64,000 nt of DNA. Origin: Chloroflexota bacterium. Lineage in GTDB: Bacteria; Bacteroidota; Ignavibacteria; Kapaibacteriales; UBA2268. A model generated the notes under the pieces. That model was not told the origin of the DNA. It did not search any database and saw nothing but the letters and a program-made list of their open reading frames with translations. A program made the translations under genes and the position numbers. Location of the stretch: the NCBI GenBank assembly GCA_050260015.1, contig JBLNBN010000046.1:4699-68698 (forward strand), read 5' to 3'. Below, piece after piece: positions 18,946-28,522 of the stretch. Positions within the stretch are counted from its first letter, which is position 1; every line of letters starts with the position of its first letter.

Positions 18946-20484
18946 TTAATTCTTTGGTTCCGGATTAATAGGCAGACTAAAAGCAAAGGTGGCTCCTTTG
19001 CCTAATACGCTTTTTATCCAGACCCTGCCCCTATGGGCTTCAACGAGCTTTTTAACGATCCAGAGCCCGAGACCTGTCGAGCTTTCCCCGCCCGTCGGCT
19101 GCGCGCTTAATCTGTTGCCGCGCTGGAAGGCGGCTTCGATATCGCTTTCCGATAGGCCGGGACCGTTGTCCGCTACTTCGACGACTACGTTATCTCCCTC
19201 GCTGCGCGCTGAAATCTTAACGGAACCGCCTCGCTGAGTAAATTTAATAGCATTAGAGACGAGGTTATCCAATACTTCATCTATTTTGGAAATATCGATA
19301 TGTACATTAGGAAGGTTAGAGGAAATTTCTTCCATTACGCTGATTTCTTTGTTTTTCGAGCTTATGCCGTTGCGGGTTACAACGTCCGATATTAGCTGCG
19401 CAATATCAGTCTTTTCAAGATTTATTTTAAGGTGGGAGGATTCAAGAGCGAGTATCTTCGAAACTTCGTGCGACAGGGAAACTATCTTAATGGTCGTTTC
19501 GGCTATGTCGTCTATTATCTCCTGCTGCTCGTTTGCCGTCAGGTCGTATGAACGCAGTAGCTCGACAAGGCTTTTTATTAAGGAGATCGGGTTCTTTATG
19601 TCGTGAAGAATTATCGTGAAGAGCTCGTCCTTTTGCAATTGCAGCTCCTCGAGCTCATCCTTGCTCTTGGAAAGGCGCGCGACGTTCCCCTCGAGCTCGC
19701 GATTGCGCGCGCGGAGCTCGTCGCTTCTGTACTGGAGTGCGTCGATTTGCCCGCGCAACGCGGATATCTGCCCGATTAGCTCGCCGTTTTCGCGGCGCAA
19801 TTTATCGAGCTCGACAATCGATACGGCAATCGTGCCGGACTTCTTACCGTCGCCGTTCATACCTGCCGGGTCGCTCCTCCTGCTCTTTATAGCGAAGTAG
19901 CTTAATCCCGCCACGGCCGCCAACGCAAGCAAGCCGCCCAAGTAGTAATAAGCGTTTGTGCTTGAGTCTTGTCCTGCTTTTTCAAACGATGTATTTGAAG
20001 GATTTTTGTCTTTATCGGGCTTACTTTTAAGAGATTTTAATTCCTTGAGCTGGGAGGACAATTTCTCGTCGACGAAAAATTTTAAGCTCGCGTTCTTTGC
20101 GTTCCATTTTCCTTGTAAATCGAACGCGCCTACCGAGAAATAATAAGAGCCTTCGGAAAGCCCCTTATAAATTGCTTCGGAAGCCCCGGTCACCTGCACG
20201 GAAGAATCCTTCCCGTCGGAAAGCGAGATGCGATAGAAGAATCTCTCGTCGGGACCAGCGCGACGATTCACGAGGTAGTTGATAGCTAGAGAATCGCGTT
20301 TCGATATGGCAATTGCGCCGCCTTCTTTATTAATTTCATTGCCGTTTATCCTAACGGAACCGATAACAACTTCGGATTTTTGCGCTTCAGCTTTGCCGTA
20401 AGCTCCGGGAAAAATCGGTAAAATCGCCATTGCGACGGTTAGTATTTGCAATCGCATCAGAAGCGTCTTATTTTTCATTGCCAT
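18946..20484 (-). CDS. Sensor histidine kinase: signal peptide, periplasmic Y_Y_Y-type domain, TM, coiled coil, HisKA + HATPase_c
   Basis: 512 aa. H-box (ILHDIKNPIS) and N/G boxes (LVSNAIKFT, GTGLGL). No response regulator in the window. Confidence 0.8.
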   Translation of the reverse strand: MAMKNKTLLMRLQILTVAMAILPIFPGAYGKAEAQKSEVVIGSVRINGNEINKEGGAIAISKRDSLAINYLVNRRAGPDERFFYRISLSDGKDSSVQVTGASEAIYKGLSEGSYYFSVGAFDLQGKWNAKNASLKFFVDEKLSSQLKELKSLKSKPDKDKNPSNTSFEKAGQDSSTNAYYYLGGLLALAAVAGLSYFAIKSRRSDPAGMNGDGKKSGTIAVSIVELDKLRRENGELIGQISALRGQIDALQYRSDELRARNRELEGNVARLSKSKDELEELQLQKDELFTIILHDIKNPISLIKSLVELLRSYDLTANEQQEIIDDIAETTIKIVSLSHEVSKILALESSHLKINLEKTDIAQLISDVVTRNGISSKNKEISVMEEISSNLPNVHIDISKIDEVLDNLVSNAIKFTQRGGSVKISARSEGDNVVVEVADNGPGLSESDIEAAFQRGNRLSAQPTGGESSTGLGLWIVKKLVEAHRGRVWIKSVLGKGATFAFSLPINPEPKN

Positions 20485-20541
20485 AAGCCGATTATTAGTG
20501 GGGTTAACTCACAGAATTGACAATCAAATTGCAAGCCAAAA

Positions 20542-20856
20542 TTAATTATCGGATTGTTTCGCTGAATATTTAGTTAACAATTCATATAAAAATGATAATT
20601 CGTCCTCGCCGGTGGAATTTTCAGGCAGGTATAGCCGCGCTGTTTTGTTGGACAGCGAGCCTTGGAGGGTAAATTTTCCACGAGCCAAAATCCGGAAGAA
20701 GGGCTTTGCAAGCTCGCGGCGAATTATGAGCTTGCCGCCGGAAAATTCGGCGAGCGCGCGCACGAGCTCTTCAGTGATAGCTCCGTCGAAGAGCAAATCT
20801 TTTGCGTTAGTGGATTCCAGGCAGCCTTCGGCTTCTTTAACCTTTACTATTTTCAT
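20542..20856 (-). CDS. Hypothetical protein (104 aa), translationally coupled to hrcA
   Basis: Start overlaps the hrcA 3' end by 20 nt. No recognisable motif. Confidence 0.4.
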   Translation of the reverse strand: MKIVKVKEAEGCLESTNAKDLLFDGAITEELVRALAEFSGGKLIIRRELAKPFFRILARGKFTLQGSLSNKTARLYLPENSTGEDELSFLYELLTKYSAKQSDN

Positions 20857-21910
20857 TCTTGCTTAAGAAATCGGCTACAAGTTTGACTACGGAGATCATT
20901 TTTGGGTAATTCATGCGTTTGGGCCCTATAACGCCGATCGAGCCGGCGGCTCCGCCAATTTTATAGGAAGTCGTTATCAGGCTGTAATCGTCGAGAAGCG
21001 AATTCTCCATCTCGCGCCCGATAAAAATTTGGACGCCCTGGGCTTCCCTTTCCTCGATTTGATCGAGCATGTGAACTATGACGTCCTCGTTTTCGACGAG
21101 CTCGATAACGCCGCGGATGCGATTTATGTCCTCGAACTCCGGGTTGGAGACTAAGTCCTGCGCGCCGGCCAGTATAACCCGCTCCGGGGAGTAAGTAAAC
21201 TCGAACAGCTTCCCGAGCGAATCCGCAAATAGCCGCACGAGGGGCGCTTCGCGGTGAGAATAGCCGGTCATGATATCCGGGAAATTAGCTTTGAGGAATT
21301 TCAACGGCCTTCCCGATATTTTTTCGTTGACGTAGGATTTTAATTGCTCGATATCGCCTTCGCGCGTGTCGAACCCCGTTTCAAGAGTTACGGAGCGGAT
21401 AATATCCGAATCGAGCGCAAGTATGATTAATAGCTTATCGCTGGAGAGGGGCACTATCTCAATTTTCCTGATGATCGCTTCGTTAAGCTGCGGCGCGCGC
21501 ACGACGCCCAGGCAGCGCGACACCGCTCCAAGCAGGCGCGACGCGTCTTTCAGCAGGGCCTCGCGCTCGGCTGCGCGAAGGGCTTTCTTTATTTTAGTTA
21601 ACTCGCCCGGTCCAAGCTGCTCGGGCGAGGATATAGAATTAACGTAAAAGCGGTAGCCTTTGTCCGTAGGGATTCTCCCCGCGGAGGTATGCGGATGGCT
21701 TATGTAATCGAGCTCTTCGAGGTCGCTCATGACGTTGCGCAGCGTAGCCGCGCTGAGGTTCATTTCCTCCTGGATTACTTTCGAGAGAAAGCGCGAACCG
21801 ATGGGCGACGCCTTGAGGATATAGAGCTGCACGATCTTATTTAATATCGCGCGCTCGCGCTCGCTTAACTCTCGTTTGCCCGAGTCGTGTATGATGCTGC
21901 CTGCTTTCAT
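20837..21910 (-). CDS. hrcA: Heat-inducible transcription repressor HrcA
   Basis: 357 aa. N-terminal wHTH (LSERERAILNKIVQLYI...GSRFL) and HrcA C-terminal domain. Confidence 0.85.
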   Translation of the reverse strand: MKAGSIIHDSGKRELSERERAILNKIVQLYILKASPIGSRFLSKVIQEEMNLSAATLRNVMSDLEELDYISHPHTSAGRIPTDKGYRFYVNSISSPEQLGPGELTKIKKALRAAEREALLKDASRLLGAVSRCLGVVRAPQLNEAIIRKIEIVPLSSDKLLIILALDSDIIRSVTLETGFDTREGDIEQLKSYVNEKISGRPLKFLKANFPDIMTGYSHREAPLVRLFADSLGKLFEFTYSPERVILAGAQDLVSNPEFEDINRIRGVIELVENEDVIVHMLDQIEEREAQGVQIFIGREMENSLLDDYSLITTSYKIGGAAGSIGVIGPKRMNYPKMISVVKLVADFLSKNENSKG

Positions 21911-21946
21911 CGTTTTTCTTTCGATTATTAAATTGGCCGTTGAGAA

Positions 21947-22441
21947 TCAACTTTTGAACTTGTCGCCTAAAATCTGAGCGACGGGCTCGGGCACAAATTC
22001 GCTTACGTCCTGCCCGTAGCGGGCGAGCTCGCGAACGATGCTCGAATTCAAATAAGTGTATTTCTCGTGCGGCATTAAGAATATTGTATGCGCCGTGGGC
22101 TCGAGCTTTCGGTTCATCAGCGCTATCTGGAATTCATATTCAAAATCGGTAACGGCTCGTATCCCGCGTACGATAACTCTTGCCCCGTACCTGCGAGCAA
22201 GGTCCACAACGAGCGAACGATGGGCGACCGCTTCCACGTTGGATAGATGCCCGAGCGACGATTTCACCATATTTAAGCGTTCTTCCTCGGTGAATAGCGT
22301 CTGCTTCTTTGAGTTTATTGCGACGACTACCACGACCTTATCGAACATCTCGGCGGCGCGCTCGATTACGTCGACGTGCCCTTTGGTTATTGGGTCGAAC
22401 GTGCCGGGGTAGAGCGCGACGACTTGATCAAATTTGCTCAA
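21947..22441 (-). CDS. coaD: Phosphopantetheine adenylyltransferase CoaD
   Basis: 164 aa. ALYPGTFDPITKGHVD nucleotidyltransferase motif. Confidence 0.9.
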   Translation of the reverse strand: MSKFDQVVALYPGTFDPITKGHVDVIERAAEMFDKVVVVVAINSKKQTLFTEEERLNMVKSSLGHLSNVEAVAHRSLVVDLARRYGARVIVRGIRAVTDFEYEFQIALMNRKLEPTAHTIFLMPHEKYTYLNSSIVRELARYGQDVSEFVPEPVAQILGDKFKS

Positions 22442-22468
22442 AAGTAAAATTCCTTTCTATCGGTTTTA

Positions 22469-24448
22469 TTATTTTATAATTACAAGCTTAGCGACGGCGA
22501 CGATATTCGCGCCGGACAGCCGCGCGAAGTAAACGCCTTCGGGAAGCGCCTCGCAATTTATTTCAAAGCTGCCTTCGACCGTCCGTTCCAGGCAAATCCT
22601 ACCTTGTAAATCGGTTAAAATTAGTTCGCCCGCGCCGGCGAACGGCGCGCGACCCCTGACGATGCCCGAGCCCGGATTCGGCGAAAGCGTCAGCCGCGCT
22701 CTTGCGGGGCCTTCAGCGACGGAAGAGAGCAGGGTCTCGCTAAACGAATAATAACCTTCCGGGGCGGTAAACGGTCTCGGCTCGCGCTTCCCTTTTGCCC
22801 ATGCTTCGACGAAATATTCGACTGAATCGCTTTTAAAATCTTTATCGCCGAGATTGACGGAGTATCCGCCCTTGGCCCCGGCCGGTGAAAGCGCGGCCGT
22901 CGTCCATTCATTGGCTCCCTTCGCGCGGTACTTTATCAGGACGGAATCAATTCCCCGGGCGTTTTGGGCATTTACTTTAAATAAGACGCTTTCCGCTTTT
23001 TTGATCTCGCCGACTATTGGCTGATGCGATACCCGGATTGGGTTGTCGGCCGGTATTTGCATCGTGACGCAATGGATAGCCCCGCCCATCGGCGTCAGTA
23101 TACGGCTGTCGATCGGGACTAATCTATACCCGGGCAGGAATTTTTTTAATTCCTCGTTCGCAACGGAATCATTGAGGGCATTGCCGCTGTTTTGATTGTG
23201 ATACGTCGGGTAAATAAACGTCTTGTTAATTAAAAGGCCGTTTACGTAGCCCCGCGCGTCAAAGGTATAGGAATCGCAAGAGGTATTGTAGCCGCCGGCG
23301 TCGTTGGTCGGAAGTATTATCCTATTGAACCGGATCGGCTTGCCGTATGCTTTAGAAGTCATCCCGAGCTTTTCGACGTTGCCCTTAGCGATGTTGTAAT
23401 CCTGGAAATTGCCGTTATTATATTGATCGGGATAAATGCTTGTGAGGGTCGTATATTCGTCGGTCATTTTCAGGTAGATGTCTATGTGACCGGTGCCGCC
23501 GTCGCAGTATAGATGCTGCAGTATGTTTAGGTTTTGCGCCCCGAAGACTCTCCGGATTTCCTCCCTCACTTCATTCTGCGTCATAGGAGTAACGCGGGAG
23601 CCCGCAAAGCCAATGTCGTCGGAATTGCCTTCGTAAACGACGTTGCTCATAACTACATTTCCAAAACCGTCGGTCATGAAGTTGCCGCCCTCGGTCTCGA
23701 GCGTAGTATGAAAGACCTTTACGCCCAATACCTCGCCTAAATAATCCGAGAACAAATCGTCGTTTGGACGCCCGGGGTAGTAACCGGCGTCCAGTAGGGC
23801 TAACGAATCGTTTACCCCATAGTAAAGGCCGTAGGGCGCAAAGTCGCGCATCCAGAAGCCGTTCTCGCCCCTTGGGTCGCAGATGAATTTATAGTTGTAA
23901 AGCGGGGCGCCAAGCGAATCCATATAATGGATAAGCGCGGCGGTGTCCTGCGGGGCGGAAATTCGGATTAAGGCAGTGCATTCGCGCTGGATGGCGTCGG
24001 CGAGCTTCGCCCAGATCTCCGGGTAGGGACTGTCCTGGTAAAGGTCCAGCACGTAGCCCTCTACGGTCGCCAGATACGTATGCCCGGAGCTTTCGTCGAA
24101 CCCCCAGCCCATGCCGTCCATGAACGGCTCGAGATACCGGCCGAGCGAATCGTAAGCGTAGGAGGGCCAGGAGATCAATGCCGCCTGCGATTCGTTAAAT
24201 TCGGCTGGCAACCAAAACGAACCGGGCATGTCGTCCCGCCCGGCTAAAAGCCTGTCGGTAGTAACCTGCTTTACGGCAGGTGTCCGGGCCGGCGCGCGCG
24301 GAACGGCCATTTTAATAAAATCGGATGAAGTTTTATTTATATTCGCGCGGTAAAATTTCTCCCTTGGCGAATTATGCTCAGCGTAAGTCGTTGCGTTTAA
24401 TAAAATCGTAAAAACGATTGATAATACGGTAAACAGAATTCGCTTCAT
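22469..24448 (-). CDS. Porphyromonas-type peptidylarginine deiminase / agmatine deiminase family enzyme with T9SS C-terminal sorting domain
   Basis: 659 aa. Signal peptide. W.RD (FWMRDFAPY), ETEGGNFMTDGFGN, and catalytic-Cys motif MGGAIHCVTMQ of the agmatine deiminase/PAD_porph family. C-terminal Por tail (LSPNPGSG...VAVAKLVIIK). Confidence 0.7.
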   Translation of the reverse strand: MKRILFTVLSIVFTILLNATTYAEHNSPREKFYRANINKTSSDFIKMAVPRAPARTPAVKQVTTDRLLAGRDDMPGSFWLPAEFNESQAALISWPSYAYDSLGRYLEPFMDGMGWGFDESSGHTYLATVEGYVLDLYQDSPYPEIWAKLADAIQRECTALIRISAPQDTAALIHYMDSLGAPLYNYKFICDPRGENGFWMRDFAPYGLYYGVNDSLALLDAGYYPGRPNDDLFSDYLGEVLGVKVFHTTLETEGGNFMTDGFGNVVMSNVVYEGNSDDIGFAGSRVTPMTQNEVREEIRRVFGAQNLNILQHLYCDGGTGHIDIYLKMTDEYTTLTSIYPDQYNNGNFQDYNIAKGNVEKLGMTSKAYGKPIRFNRIILPTNDAGGYNTSCDSYTFDARGYVNGLLINKTFIYPTYHNQNSGNALNDSVANEELKKFLPGYRLVPIDSRILTPMGGAIHCVTMQIPADNPIRVSHQPIVGEIKKAESVLFKVNAQNARGIDSVLIKYRAKGANEWTTAALSPAGAKGGYSVNLGDKDFKSDSVEYFVEAWAKGKREPRPFTAPEGYYSFSETLLSSVAEGPARARLTLSPNPGSGIVRGRAPFAGAGELILTDLQGRICLERTVEGSFEINCEALPEGVYFARLSGANIVAVAKLVIIK

Positions 24449-24619
24449 AATTTTGCTTAATATTTTATAATATTTTAAAAATGTTTTTTCTTGTTATTCG
24501 ATAATAAACAAGCGAAACCATGTTGTTGATTTAAATACACGTTTCAAATTAAATAGTTTCAAAACATTTGACTTAAATTTATAACAAAAATAATATAAAA
24601 GCAAATAGGGCGGGCTTAT

Positions 24620-26119
24620 ATGTTTAAAAAGATACTAATAGCAAACCGCGGGGAAATCGCGATAAGAATCATCCGCGCCGCTCGCGAGATGGGGATCGAG
24701 ACGGTTTCCGTCTACTGCGACGTCGATACGGGTTCCCCCTACGTTCAATATTCCGACTATTGTATAAAATTGAGCGGCGAAACTCCCCGCTCGTCTTATT
24801 TGGATATAGGGCAAATCATCGACGCCGCCCGGAGGACGAACGCGGAGGCCATCCATCCCGGCTACGGCTTTCTCTCGGAGAATGCGGAGTTTGCCGCGGC
24901 TTGCCGCGACGCAGGGATAGCGTTCATCGGTCCGCCGCCGGAATCTATCGAAGCGATGGGGGTTAAGACTAAAGCGCGCGAGATCGTTACGGCCAGCGGC
25001 GTGCCCGTAGTTCCCGGCACGACCTCGGCGATCGAGGACCCCGCGGAGGCGGAACGCATTGCGGGGGAAATAGGCTACCCGGTCCTGATAAAGGCCGCCT
25101 CGGGCGGGGGCGGTAAGGGAATGCGCCGGGTCGATTCCCCGGCCGACTTCGCCGACTCGTTCGAGGGCGCGCGACGCGAGGCGCTTAAATCGTTTGGAGA
25201 CGGATCAGTTTATCTAGAGAAATTTATAGAAAATCCAAAGCATATTGAAATACAATTCATTGCGGATTCGCACGGCCACTACGTCCACTTAGGCGAACGC
25301 GACTGCTCCATTCAGCGCCGCCATCAAAAAGTAATCGAGGAGGCCCCCTCGACTGTTCTCGACGAAGTACTTCGGGCTAAGATGGGCGAAGTCGCGCTCC
25401 AGGCGGCGCGCGCGGTAAACTACGTAAACGCTGGCACGGTGGAGTTCCTCTTCGATAGGAATAAGAACTTCTATTTCCTCGAGATGAACACCAGGCTGCA
25501 GGTGGAGCACCCCGTGACGGAGCTTGCGACGGGAATCGATATCGTAAAGGAGCAGATCTGCGTCGCGTGGGGGGACGAGCTCAGCTTTAAGCAGGAGGAC
25601 GTTCGCTTTAGCGGGCACGCCCTGGAGTGCCGCATTTACGCCGAGGATCCGTTTAATAATTTTATGCCCTCCACGGGAGTTCTTAGTTACGTGCGCCAGC
25701 CCGTCGGCTACGGCGTCCGCGTCGACAGCGGAATCGAAACGGGCAGCGAGGTAACCTTCCATTTCGACCCGATGCTGGCGAAACTGATTACTTTCGGTAA
25801 AGACAGGATAGAAGCCATCGCGAGGATGGAGACGGCCCTAAGGAATTACTATATAAAAGGCGTCGCAACGACTATCCCCTTCCAGCTTGCCGTTATGCAG
25901 CATCCCGAGTTTCGCTATGGCTACTTCGACACGGGCTTCATCGAGCGCTCCTTCGACTTCGAGGCGCTGCATAAAATGAAGCGCGAGAACGAGGAGACGA
26001 TCGCAGCTCTCGCCGCATTCGGCTATAGAATGCTCGCCCAACAGAAGGCCCCCATGAAGGCTAAGCCGTCGATAAGCAAATGGAAAGAAAAAAACTTACT
26101 TTTACGCAGACTCATCTGA
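24620..26119 (+). CDS. accC: Biotin carboxylase subunit of an acyl-CoA carboxylase (AccC family)
   Basis: 499 aa ATP-grasp biotin carboxylase (MFKKILIANRGEIAIRIIRA..., EMNTRLQVEHPVTE). Confidence 0.9.
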   Translation: MFKKILIANRGEIAIRIIRAAREMGIETVSVYCDVDTGSPYVQYSDYCIKLSGETPRSSYLDIGQIIDAARRTNAEAIHPGYGFLSENAEFAAACRDAGIAFIGPPPESIEAMGVKTKAREIVTASGVPVVPGTTSAIEDPAEAERIAGEIGYPVLIKAASGGGGKGMRRVDSPADFADSFEGARREALKSFGDGSVYLEKFIENPKHIEIQFIADSHGHYVHLGERDCSIQRRHQKVIEEAPSTVLDEVLRAKMGEVALQAARAVNYVNAGTVEFLFDRNKNFYFLEMNTRLQVEHPVTELATGIDIVKEQICVAWGDELSFKQEDVRFSGHALECRIYAEDPFNNFMPSTGVLSYVRQPVGYGVRVDSGIETGSEVTFHFDPMLAKLITFGKDRIEAIARMETALRNYYIKGVATTIPFQLAVMQHPEFRYGYFDTGFIERSFDFEALHKMKRENEETIAALAAFGYRMLAQQKAPMKAKPSISKWKEKNLLLRRLI

Positions 26120-26128
26120 GAGGCAATA

Positions 26129-26659
26129 ATGCAAGAAATAGCCCTTACTATCAGCGGGACGGAATTCGTAGCGAAATTTTCCAAAACGAATTACTCCAAC
26201 GTTGCGATAAACGACAAATTTTATCATATAGAGCTACTAAAAAAATTCGGGGAGAATATCTTCTCCTTTTCAGTGAACCAAAAGCTCGCTCAAATCGAGA
26301 TGGACTTTAGCGGCGGCGATACGTTGAACATTTCTATGGACGGAATGCTTTACGAGGTGAAGGTGGCTACCTCTACGAAAAAGCTTCTTGAAAAATACCT
26401 CAAGGAGAGCGGCCGGGAGAACTCGGGCGGGATAATTAACATAGTCGCCAATATGCCCGGGATGGTGCTGAAAGTCTTTCCAAACGAAGGCGGGCTGACG
26501 CTGGAGGGCGATCGGCTTATGATAATCGAGGCGATGAAGATGGAAAACATAATGAAAGCTCCCAGGACGGGACGCGTTAAGAAAATCTATGCGAGAGAAG
26601 GTACCCCGGTTAACAAGGGGGAATTATTAATGGAAATCGATACGACAAAGGAGGCGTAA
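26129..26659 (+). CDS. Biotin carboxyl carrier protein (biotinyl-domain protein)
   Basis: 176 aa. C-terminal biotinylation motif IIEAMKMEN. Confidence 0.8.
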   Translation: MQEIALTISGTEFVAKFSKTNYSNVAINDKFYHIELLKKFGENIFSFSVNQKLAQIEMDFSGGDTLNISMDGMLYEVKVATSTKKLLEKYLKESGRENSGGIINIVANMPGMVLKVFPNEGGLTLEGDRLMIIEAMKMENIMKAPRTGRVKKIYAREGTPVNKGELLMEIDTTKEA

Positions 26660-26662
26660 TAT

Positions 26663-28270
26663 ATGGATGAATTCGCTGAAATAACAAAGAACGAACGCGT
26701 TCATGCCGACGATCATATAAAGCGGATAGACGATAAGCTGGAGCAACTGCGCGCCAGGAAAGATACTGCCCAGCAGGGCGGCGGCAGGGTAAAAACTGAC
26801 GCCCAGCATGCGAAAGGTAAGCTGACGGCTCGCGAAAGAGTCGACCTTTTAATGGATTCGGGCACGTTCCGCGAGCTCGACGCTTTGGCGCACCATCACT
26901 CTACGGAGTTCGGTCTCGGCGAGTCGGTTTTCTACGGCGACGGGGTCGTGGCGGGCTACGGCGAGATCGGCGGGGAAAAAGCGTTTATTTTCTCGCAGGA
27001 CTTCAGCGTACTCGGCGGCAGCCTCGCGGAGATGCACGGCAAGAAGATATGCAAGATAATGGACCTGGCCTTAAAGACTGGCGCGCCAGTAATAGGGCTG
27101 AACGATTCCGGCGGAGCCCGCGTGCAGGAGGGCATCCAATCGCTCGGCGCTTACGCCGAAATATTCCTACGCAATACGCTCGCCTCGGGCGTCGTCCCGC
27201 AAATATCAGTTATAATGGGCCCCTGCGCCGGCGGAGCAGTATACTCCCCCGCCATAACGGACTTTGTTATCATGGTCCGAAATTCCTCCTATATGTTCGT
27301 GACGGGCCCGAAGGTCGTAAAGGCGACAACCCACGAAACGTTGACGAGCGAGCAGCTAGGGGGGCCGGAAGTTCACGCCGAGCGCAGCGGGGTCGCGCAC
27401 TTCGTCGCGCAGAACGACATGGAAGCTCTCTCGATAGTTAAGAAATTGCTCTCTTATATCCCCGCCAATAACGCCGAGGAGCCCCCGTTCGTGCCGAACA
27501 ACGATCCGACCGACCGCGTAAGCGAGGAGCTGAACTACATCGTTCCGGCCAATCCCAACCAGGCTTACGACATGAAGGAGATAATTACGAAATTGGCCGA
27601 CATGGGCGAATTCCTGGAAGCGCACAAGGATTGGGCCCAGAACATAATCGTCGGCTTTATTCGTCTCGGGGGACGGTCCGTGGGCGTAGTGGCGAATCAG
27701 CCGCAGCATTTGGCCGGCGCGCTCGATATCAATTCCTCGCGGAAGGCGGCGCGTTTCGTTCGCTTCTGCGACGCGTTCAATATTCCTATATTAACGTTAG
27801 TCGACGTGCCGGGGTTCCTGCCGGGCAGCGACCAGGAGTGGAACGCGATAATAACCAACGGCGCAAAGCTGCTTTATGCTTACTGCGAGGCCACGACGCC
27901 GAAGGTTACCGTAATCACGCGGAAAGCTTACGGCGGAGCCTACGACGTGATGTCGAGCAAGCACATCCGCGGCGATATAAACTTCTGCTGGCCGACGGCT
28001 GAGATAGCCGTTATGGGGGCGAAGGGCGCGATCGAAATAATATTTAAAAAAGAGATCGATTCCTCCGGTAAGCCTGCGGAAAAGGCGGCCGAGCTCGAGG
28101 AATTTTACAAGGAGAAGTTCGCCAATCCTTATATAGCGGCATCCTACGGGTACGTGGACGACGTAATCGAGCCGCGCTACACGCGCGCCGCGTTAATAGA
28201 CGCGTTCCAGCTGCTGCAGAACAAGGTGGATAAGAATCCGCCGAAAAAACACGGCAACATTCCACTATAA
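26663..28270 (+). CDS. Acyl-CoA carboxyltransferase subunit (propionyl-CoA carboxylase beta / methylmalonyl-CoA decarboxylase alpha, 12S family)
   Basis: 535 aa. Paralogous to the 514-aa ORF at 37773..39317. Confidence 0.85.
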   Translation: MDEFAEITKNERVHADDHIKRIDDKLEQLRARKDTAQQGGGRVKTDAQHAKGKLTARERVDLLMDSGTFRELDALAHHHSTEFGLGESVFYGDGVVAGYGEIGGEKAFIFSQDFSVLGGSLAEMHGKKICKIMDLALKTGAPVIGLNDSGGARVQEGIQSLGAYAEIFLRNTLASGVVPQISVIMGPCAGGAVYSPAITDFVIMVRNSSYMFVTGPKVVKATTHETLTSEQLGGPEVHAERSGVAHFVAQNDMEALSIVKKLLSYIPANNAEEPPFVPNNDPTDRVSEELNYIVPANPNQAYDMKEIITKLADMGEFLEAHKDWAQNIIVGFIRLGGRSVGVVANQPQHLAGALDINSSRKAARFVRFCDAFNIPILTLVDVPGFLPGSDQEWNAIITNGAKLLYAYCEATTPKVTVITRKAYGGAYDVMSSKHIRGDINFCWPTAEIAVMGAKGAIEIIFKKEIDSSGKPAEKAAELEEFYKEKFANPYIAASYGYVDDVIEPRYTRAALIDAFQLLQNKVDKNPPKKHGNIPL

Positions 28271-28522
28271 GAACGAAATTTAGATTGTGTAAAAATATCT
28301 TGCAATTGATTTGGCAAAGAATTATATTAAGTATCAGTTTAGGAACAAATCGGAAAAAGTTATAGTAACACTGCTACCTTCTAAGGAAAATATTGAAGAA
28401 AGCCGAAGTTTTAACCAAACTTTCTAGATATTTTATTAGATTAGCGTTTTTGCCAAAACGCAATACTGCGCCACGGCAAAAACTCAAACATTAACTATTG
28501 AGAAATAAACCATTATAGCAGT

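Noticed and set aside
20485-20541. Possible missing grpE between hrcA and the kinase
   Set aside because: Only a 104-aa ORF with no GrpE signature is present in the space. No room for a hidden grpE. Reported as a finding about unusual context instead.
28271-28522. Imperfect palindrome GCGTTTTTGCCAAAACGC in the sprA upstream region as a possible regulatory site
   Set aside because: A single occurrence within an AT-rich promoter region. The motif is not seen elsewhere in the window, so it is too weak to call.
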